From contig OZ024740.1 of assembly GCA_964016885.1 (NCBI GenBank), positions 102,424,001 through 102,488,000 of the forward strand: a DNA stretch of 64,000 nt, written 5' to 3'. The position numbers and the translations under genes are program-made. The notes beneath the pieces were generated by a model. The model was not told the origin of the DNA and did no database searches. It saw nothing but the letters and a program-made list of their open reading frames with translations. The stretch is from Eledone cirrhosa (lineage: Eukaryota). Numbering within the stretch: position 1 is the stretch's first letter; every line of letters starts with the position of its first letter. Positions 55,011-64,000 of the stretch are shown here, piece after piece.

Positions 55011-56610
55011 GCAACAATATAATTATATACAGATGCACAATAGTTATCTGTATGATTAAGTGTTGGTTATTTTTAGGCAAGATACATTATTCAGCTCACC
55101 ATTCACTAAACTAATTGAGTATTAGGTAACTTTTGGACAAAGGCTGGCTACAGTAATTCAAACAAATATCAAAGAAACTGTCCTATATGGCTGTTCAAGC
55201 TGCTAGAAATAGCATCCATATCTACCATAACTGTCTTTAAAGAGAAAATTGCACTGTGTGGTGTTGGATATACAAAAAAGACAGGGTGGTTACAATTGGA
55301 ATGCATTGAACTATTGGTCAGCTGGATCAAAGTTGGCTTAAGGTATAAACAATAGCATTTAAATTAGCAGATCCATTGAACCTATCTATGGAAGCAAGGA
55401 AACTATAGCTTGCAATACACTTCATTATACTATTTGATATATTAGATGATTTCATACATCAAATATTTGACAATATAACTGAAAAGGATTCAACCCTTTT
55501 GTCAGAAAAATCCTTCAATACTGACAGAGATTCTTCTTTGATTGAACAACATTATTTTTTACAAAGGAAAAAAAAAAACATTTCTTGTTTGACAAAGTAT
55601 TTATCCAACGCTTCATGTTTCATATATTATCTCTGTACAAAAAAATAATCTGGAATCAGTGGTTCTTCTGGATTTTCATAGTTGTTCGGTTATTTCATTT
55701 TATTTTATTTTTCTTCAAAAGATGAATCTTAACAAAATACTTGTTATTCTTGGATGTAAAATTTTCCCATTGGAATCCTCAGTTTATGGTTTTTCTTCAC
55801 AATGTAGTTGCAAACATTTTTGTTTCATTATCAATATTATTATTATTATTATTATCACCATCATTATTGTTATTATGAAGAAAGAATTATTATTGTTGTT
55901 GTTATTATTACTATTATTATTATTAGCTTTAGTTTGATTTAGTTGCTACATCTGGAACTGAACAAACAAAAGCTGGTTAGGGGAAATTCATTCTTCTGCC
56001 AAGGAGCATTTTATTATCTAAGCTGCCTTCATTTCAGTTTTGCGTTGGCTCAGATAATCAAAACACATTCTTGTGGGAGATATTATGTAAGAAAATGTAC
56101 CCAAGTTATTTGAATTTCTTTTGCAATCTATTTTTTCTTTTATAATATGCCATTCTCAGGAATATGCTACAGATATTTTGACATGTTCTCTTGGGTAGTT
56201 TTGACTATCATAGATTTTTTTCTCAATATCTATTGTGAGTATTATGTCTGAATATATTTTGCAAACAGCTTCAAATTCCCACGAGTTTCCATAAGAACAG
56301 GAATAGTTAGCAAATGAATTTAGTGAAAGGAATTAGGTAAAGCATTCAGCTGTAAAATATTTGCTCTAGCAATTTATGAAATGTGTCTGGCTTTGCGGAA
56401 TGGGCATGGAAACGTAGCTGTAGATATGTTAAAAAATGATAATAAATTTTGTCTTCCTTTCAAACAGTGAAAAAATATCTATATTATTTTTTTACATATG
56501 TATGAAAACCATGTCTTATATGGGAACATATACATATAATTGAAATTGCATCATATATATATATATATATTTATATCAATTATATATTTATATTGTATAT
56601 ACATATAACT

Positions 56611-56696
<86 letters not shown>

Positions 56697-56898
56697 TTAT
56701 ATGTATATACAATATATGCAAAAATGCACTGGGGCATATTTTTTCTTTAATCCGGCAAAAATGAATATTTTTATAATTGTTACATGAAATGGATTTAAAT
56801 ATTGTCAAATATTGGTGGTTTCGATTACTATGTTAATCTTCTCAAATAAAAAGTTTTTCTCATATTCTGCAGGCAGTTAGAATACATATATATATTTA

Positions 56899-56954
<56 letters not shown>

Positions 56955-57011
56955 CATACATAAATACATATACATACATACATAAATACATATATATTTA
57001 TACATACATAT

Positions 57012-57072
<61 letters not shown>

Positions 57073-58339
57073 ATATATAGTTAAAAGTTAGTTCCTGACA
57101 GCTGAACTCCCTCTGTTTCAACAACGAGAGGATAACTTTTCACAAATATTTAGCTAAATATGGTCTTACTGTTTAACTGGTAACTCCCAATCTCTCTCTA
57201 TATGTATAAAATGTATATCATAGTATAATATAGATTATAGTTAATCAATCTGTTATTAGTATTCCGGTTGCAGATATTAATCAATATACACTTGTGTAAG
57301 TAAGATTGAACACTTGATGTACTGTTATGATATTATAATGTAGATGTGTGTATGATGGAGTGTTGGTATAGTAATGTATTAGAATGCAGTAGATTAGAAT
57401 TTCACCATATTCTATTTGTTATGTAATTGCTATTATACGTATGTTGATGGTATCTGTTATGTAATCCTTAGATGCGATCACTTCAGACAGTTCTCACTTG
57501 TACAAATATTAGTGATGTAAGTTCTTATATTATATGCCAGCTGGTGAGTGTAAGTTGTTTCATCACTGTGCAGCTAACATATGGAGTCACCCAGAGATTT
57601 TTTCTTATTTGCATCACTTAAAGTGTGACTACTTTTAAGTGGTTCCTATTTGACCAATCTTTTTCCCATCACCCTCCCATTATTTCTTTCCTGATTAATG
57701 GGCTTGTTAATAATCAGAGTAATCCAGTTTATTGACTCATCATTCACAGATGATAAGTATTTGATAACACTTATCAATAAAACAAGGCTTTTTGAGGCAG
57801 AATTCAAATATCAATGTTGAATTCAGATAACAGAGAAGAGAAAGAAACAGATATAAATACACATATATGCATATATGTACATATGACAGGCTTCCTTACA
57901 GTTTCTGTTTACCAAATTAACTCACAAAGCACTGGTCAGTCTTAGTCTATAATAGAAGATGCTAACTAGAAGCCATGACCATGAGGTTGAGAAATGAACT
58001 TTATAACCACACAGCTATGATTATGCTTGCTATGTATATGTATTTTCCTTTTTCTGTTGTTCTCATTACTAATATTTCTATAGGTCCCATGTAACTTATA
58101 TCCTAAGGAAAGACATTAATAATATTACAAACTTTTATTCATTAATTTCTGAAGTTGTTGTTCCATGAATATCTAAGAAACAAACGTTTCAACATACTAT
58201 CGAAGAAGAATATCAACACCATCTCATATATATGCAATTCTGACTAAACACACACATGATTTCCTTCCATAAAAGTTTTTTTCCATTTCTTCCTCTTCTT
58301 ACTCTCGTCTGTTTCTATTTCTTATATCTTTCATTCTAT

Positions 58340-58374
58340 TTTCTGATGAAGGACTAACGTCCAAAATGTTAGGA
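58340..58374 (+). ncRNA. Relic minimal hammerhead, CpG-decayed and likely inactive
   Basis: CTGATGA-A-GGAC-TAAC-GTCC-AAAATGTTA, where CGAAACGTTA would be expected. Confidence 0.45.
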
Positions 58375-59908
58375 CTCTTTTCTTAATATATCAAGCATAT
58401 ATATCATGATTGTACTCCCGCTTTTCCTTGTGTTGTTTTTTGATTTACTTTTTTCGTGCACGTGTGTGTGTGTTTGTGTTTGGTTTTACAAAATAGGAGA
58501 AATAGAATTCAATAGACAAAGCAGAATATATTTTTATTAGCTGAGGTACTACAGTGACTCTAAACACTTGAATCAGTTTGTTGATGTTATGATATATACA
58601 TCATCAACAACATCATCATTTAATGACCACTTTCCCTTCAATATATAATGATGGTGATGATAATGATGATAATGATGATGAGGCAGGGGAGGGGTTATGT
58701 GTTTTGGGGTAGAAAATATAGATATGTTTTAAATTTTGGTTGCAACAGTTATTAAATCAACAGTCAGTTATGTCACTTAGATCAACTATGAGACACGACT
58801 TAGATATTTTCATCTTGATATCACCACTTGAGAGAGAGAGAGAGAGAGAGTGTGGAAGTGGGACAGGAGAGACAGAGTTATTCAGAAATCTTAAACTTCC
58901 TCTTATTTGATTTTTTTATGCTGTCTAAGAAAAAGATTGATTTCATGTGTAAACATCCTCTTAATTATTTACACTTTAAGCAATACATTAATTTAAGGTA
59001 TGAAATACCATTTTATATTTTTTCAGTTGGTTTTTATGAAGGTTTCAAATTATTAATTAGTATTTTTTCCTGTTTACAGTTATTTCAGTTAATTATAGCC
59101 ACCATTTTGAACTTTATATTTTTAATCATATTTTTCTGTTGACTTGATTACATGTACAATTTATTTCTTACCTTCCCAAATGTTTATTTTAATTTTACAG
59201 AAAGTATAGATGGGAAACTCCTGCTGACTGAATATTTCAATATGTATAATATATATTTATATAACAATTCCTTTGCCTAGGTACAGGATCAATTAAGTAC
59301 AATTCAATCAATTGAAACCTAGTGTAAATTAAATTATCTAAGTAAATGAGATATTGTATTTCTAGCTCATATATGTTCAGTTCAAATATACTACAGACAT
59401 TTTATTCACTCTCTAGATAGAACACTTAATTCCATATGCTTCAGTTCATGTGATTGCTGGTAGAAAGTGCGTAGCAGATCTTTTGAAAATCTCATTTAGA
59501 TTCATTGCTGAAATTCATCTTTCATCTGCTAAAATCCATGAAAACAGAATTTCCATAGAAGGGTTAGGTTACTGAATATTCTCTCCACATACACACACTC
59601 ATATTGAATTGGAATACCAATGTAAGATTTTCATGTTGAAATGTTTGCTTCTATTTATCTACTCAGTGCTTAACACGTGGAATATAAATATATCAAGCTG
59701 TAAAATCTTGTCCTTAAACTTTATTTCCATTTAGATATTTGAATACCCCAAATCACACTTCATGCAACATGTCCAACCCATGCAATCATAGAAATCTGGA
59801 TGCAAAATGATAAGGATTAGGACAATGACAGTAGAGTTTAAGTAAAGATTACATATGCAAAAATAACTTTAAATTGCTCTAAAATATATAATGTATGATT
59901 CATATGTA

Positions 59909-60022
59909 CAGAGTGGCTCAAAAGTCATTTGATCAGTTTTAAAGTAACATTTTTACCATTAATTTATTATGAATAAGGGTTATTATATTTTGAAATGGTT
60001 TAGTGACTTTTGGACCATCCTG
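59909..60022. mobile_element. Tc1/mariner-like MITE
   Basis: TA|CAGAGTGGCTCAAAAGTCA ... TGACTTTTGGACCATCCTG|TA; imperfect ~19-bp TIR and TA TSD. Confidence 0.65.
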
Positions 60023-60909
60023 TATAATTCCTCATTATACAATTTATAATATTTATACATTAGCTTATCTTTATACAGTGTAATCTAATGTAGGAAATCA
60101 AATGAAATCATCTTTATATAATGTGTCACATTTGTACTATATCTCACTTTTATACAATATGCCATCTTCTTGTGTGCCACTTTATATATTCTATTGCAGT
60201 TATGCAATATCTCACTTGTATGCTACATTTCACCTTTGTGAGTACTCACCTTCACACAATATGCAATTTTATAACACAATTTCACCTTATACACTGTGTC
60301 AGCATCACAACCTTATCTCACCAGGAGAGGGTCACATTCATAGAATATCTCACCTTTATATACAATATCTCACACTTATATAATGTGTTATGCCAATACA
60401 TAAAGCTTTTCATGTTAGATAAGTTTATATTATGAATGAATTAACTCCTACGAATTTACAATATAAATATATTGGACATTGCAAGCACTAATTTTAGAGA
60501 GAAAAGAGAAGTATGCTCACTGACTGTGAGCCAACTTCTATTGTCCCTCTTTTTCTCAAGTTTTCTCTCACACACCCATCTACCTCCCTTTCTCTCTCTC
60601 TCAAATTTGTGCTAGTAATGTCTAATATATTTTAATTGTATAATTTTCTGTTTATTTGTATGGTGTATCACAGTGTAGCCTTTAACATTTGTATACCATG
60701 ACATAATGAGTTGAACAAGTCACCAAATTTAGAGGTATGGCATGTATTTCAATAACGGGCTAATCTTTCCTTTAATCAGTCACTCTACATTTGAAGAATA
60801 ACGTTTTTTAAGACAAATTAAATTGTGAACAATAATGGCACAATCTACTCATCTAAATATCTAATAATACTATATCAATAATTGAAATAAGTAGTGAATA
60901 TATATATAA

Positions 60910-61118
60910 AATGAAGGAAGTGTGGTAAGGAACTAGATGGACCATAACGCACAAGAGTACTCAATACTTAGGGTAGTAGAGTGAGTAAGAGGAAAAAGTT
61001 CAAGACCCTGACGGCAGAGCTCAAGCTGTTTCGATGGCTATTTCTGGACGCAGAAATAGTCCAGAAATAGCCGTCGAAACGGTTTGAGCTCTGCCGTTGG
61101 GGTCTTGAACTTTTTCCT
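60910..61118 (-). mobile_element. Fold-back Penelope-like insertion 5: 60-bp arms (60990-61049 / 61059-61118), ~80-bp tail on the left, inside (TA)n
   Basis: Inverted arms contain a hammerhead 3' half GAAACGG-YTTGAGCTCTG-CCGTY; second family member at 666-786. Confidence 0.7.
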
Positions 61119-61227
61119 ATATATATATATAATATATATGATGATGATAATATCCTCATCATTTAACATATGTTTGTTCCTGCTAGCAATGGTTGGACAA
61201 GTTGTCACCAGCATAATCCGTACTTAA

Positions 61228-61436
61228 CCCATTAGTATTTACATTACTCTATATTTACTATTGTATTTTCATGGTTAAAGCTTTATCTCACATAATATCG
61301 AGTCTATAAGATTTTGATGATGTTATTATTTATTTTAAGAATGATATCTTAATGTTGGTGTGAGCTGCTGGTTATGGCCGGTTTCAAAAAGGGGAAAGAA
61401 TTTTGTCTGGATACAGCCAGTTTAAATGCTAAAGGG
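61228..61436. mobile_element. piggyBac-like MITE
   Basis: TTAA|CCCATTAGTATTTA ... TAAATGCTAAAGGG|TTAA. Confidence 0.75.
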
Positions 61437-62559
61437 TTAATCAGTGCTACTAATCTCTCAGAGTTAGAGAATGCCTGTAAATACCATTGGCTCAAACTCT
61501 TGTTGTCTGATTTAATAACTAAAATCAACAAAAGTAATCAAATACGTTATCCATTTAATAATTAAACAGCTTCTAATAATAAAAGACATAGTGAAGTTCA
61601 GGATTGTCTGAAAAACAGATGCAATGAACATGGCCGAATTACCAGTGACGATAAGTTTGTTCAAATTGAGCAAGCTTATGGCTAAACATGAACAACAGGT
61701 CAAAATCCCATAAGCAGTGGAAATACTGCAAAACTAACATTTGAATAATTTGGCTTTTAGATATATTTTAAGTTATCTTTTAAGACTTTTGAGGTGAACT
61801 GATTTGATTTAATCAAAACAACTATTTTCAACAATGGGAGAAACAACAAAACCAACAATAACACTTCCACTGGTACTACTAACATCTACCACCACCAACA
61901 TCCTCACCAACAGTCTGGAGTACTCCCCACCTACCATAAATACACATTCCTTCTAATACCAAATAGGAAATCTTAGTGAAGCTATTCTCTAAATTGACAA
62001 GACAATTTCTTTACAAATGAATGCAAAGCAAAGTTTTCTTCAAAAAGTACATTAAATATTTATTAAATTTAGATAATAACAAGAGCAAACACCCACCTAC
62101 CCTGCACACATAAAGAAAAAATGAATAAAATAAAGGATAGGAAAAGAAGTAACTCTCTGAAAGACATATCTTGTTTGGTTGTAAACAATCATTCTAGAAT
62201 TTACAAATTTCTGACTATTGTTCAGGAAATTGAATCAAAGAATGTTTAAAAGCAATTTTTTCTTCTTATTTCTCCTTAGATATCATTTCAAATGAACCAG
62301 TAAGAGTTATCAATACATATGTGTGTTTGTATATAAATCTCTTGTATAATGTGTGTGTATGTGTGTGTGATCATTTTACATTCATTTTCCTGGTTAGTCT
62401 GGGTTGGATGGAGCATCAAAGTCTGTGTCAGTTTATATTCAGGGTTACTACTCTCCAAAATGAGTTGGAGGAGCACATTTGGCATCGACATTCCATTTCA
62501 GCATTAATACACGCAAACAAACATTGTTCCTTCTTTTTCTTGTGGATAAATATAGAATA

Positions 62560-63735
62560 CTAGCATTAAAGCCCGGCGTTGCTCGGGGTCATTAAGTTAC
62601 CAAAGTTAGGTTGCACCACCCATTTTATGGCAGCACTTTTTTGTCTGCCAGGCACTGGGTGAATGAATTGCAGACCTGGAAGCAGGAGCTGCGCCAGCAG
62701 TGACAATTGTAGTTTCGCCTATGGATATTATCTCTGTGCAAAAAAGTGTTGAAATTTATTGTTTCACAGTACTTGCGCAACACGCGCGTAGACGATGCCA
62801 GCCGAACAACAGAGCTGCGATGGAGTTGTTCTGCATGGTTGTCTGTGTGTTTTCTAAATTTAAGACAGTAGGGAGGGTTGTGATATGAGGGAGAGTTAGC
62901 TGTTGTTTCTAGCAGGTTTAGTGACCTCATAGAGGATATGTGTTTTCTAAATTTAAGACAGTAGGGAGTGGTGTGATATGGAGGAGAGTTAGCTGCTGTT
63001 TCTAGCAGGTTTAGTGACCTCATAGAAGATATGTTTTCTAAATTTAAGACAGTAGGAATGGGTGTGATATGGGGGAGAGTTAGCTGCTGTTTCTAGCAGG
63101 TTTAGTAACCTCATAGAGGATATGTGTTTTCTAAATTTAAGACAGTAGGGAGTGGTGTGATATGGGGGAGAGTTAGCTGCTGTTTCTAGCAGGTTTAGTG
63201 ACCTCATAGAAGATATGTTTTCTAAATTTAAGACAGTAGGGAGGGGTGTGGTATGGGGGAGAGTTAGCTGCTGTTTCTAGCAGGTTTAGTGACCTCATAG
63301 AGGATATTATTGTTTATCATTATCTATAAAAGGCAGATTGTTGTTGTTGTTGTTGAAGTGAGTGTGTGTTTGTATGCGTTTGGAAAAGAGGTTTTAAAAA
63401 AGATTTATCGCTTGTTGTTGAATAAATGTATCTGTTGCTTTTGAAACGGACAGTATCACCATCAAGCTTGGAAAGAGAAAGTAGCAGAAAGTATGAAGTT
63501 GTATAGATTTTGAATGGTAGTGGAAAGAGTTTAGCAGTTTAAATGACAGAGAAAAATCGTAAAATATTGAGTTTTATCTATTTTTTGCGTAATTGTGGGT
63601 GAAATTGAAAAAATGAGATGTGCCAAGACGCAATCGAAACTATTTCGAATACTGAATTGTAAATTTCAATTGAAGAAATTCTATATCGTAGATTTCTATA
63701 AGAAAGGAGCATGACCACACACTGAGCTTTATAGA
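62560..63735 (-). mobile_element. Non-autonomous Helitron
   Basis: Minus strand begins A|TCTATAAAG and ends with hairpin CCCGAGCAACGCCGGG, 8 nt, then CTAG|T; AT target with no TSD. Confidence 0.75.
62845..63307. repeat. Minisatellite, 5 units alternating 93/91 bp, inside the Helitron
   Basis: CTAAATTTAAGAC recurs at 62854, 62947, 63038, 63131 and 63222. Confidence 0.95.
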
Positions 63736-64000
63736 TTATTATGATGATACTTAGGTATCATTTTGATGAAACTCAGAAATTACCAACGGTAATCTTGTAG
63801 TACTATATATTTAGACATATATATATTTCTAAAGATATATATATAGGTGAAAGATTACTGGTTAAGACCAATAAGACCGCATACAAAGTCTACCTTTCCT
63901 ATTAGTCTGCCTGCTATCTCACTACACCTCTTGTGTACCTAAGATTTACATTATGTACATTGTATAGAGTTTCTACCTACTACTTTTCTACATATCAAGC

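Noticed and set aside
62845-63307. CRISPR-like array or repeat protein (ORFs 62625-63023 and 62989-63207)
   Set aside because: Contiguous tandem units with no unique spacers, no cas genes, eukaryotic context

Overview
AT-rich eukaryotic non-coding DNA. The SINE families and the very long (TA)n/(CA)n/(TAA)n tracts resemble octopod cephalopod genomes, which is an inference from pattern recognition only. I can support no intact host gene, and most listed ORFs are translations of microsatellites. The window is dense in transposons: a cluster of four R4/Dong-type (RT plus restriction-like endonuclease) non-LTR retrotransposon remnants sitting in (TAA)n tracts at 15.8-21.5 kb, RTE, Tx1/L1 and CRE remnants, many tRNA-derived SINEs, piggyBac-like and Tc1-like MITEs, and a non-autonomous Helitron carrying a higher-order minisatellite. 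The most notable signal is a recurring architecture in five sequence-unrelated inserts in (TA)n tracts: (TA)n, inverted arm, spacer, arm, unpaired 60-100 nt tail, (TA)n. Near the outer end of each arm lies a type I hammerhead ribozyme, complete in three inserts and a 3' half in two. The cores include canonical CUGAUGA, a U3-A8 compensatory variant and a U4A variant. A separate insert has a hammerhead with a long structured loop II. This fits inverted pseudo-LTR ends of Penelope-like retroelements, and four of the tails share a covarying hairpin. All structures were folded by eye and are untested.
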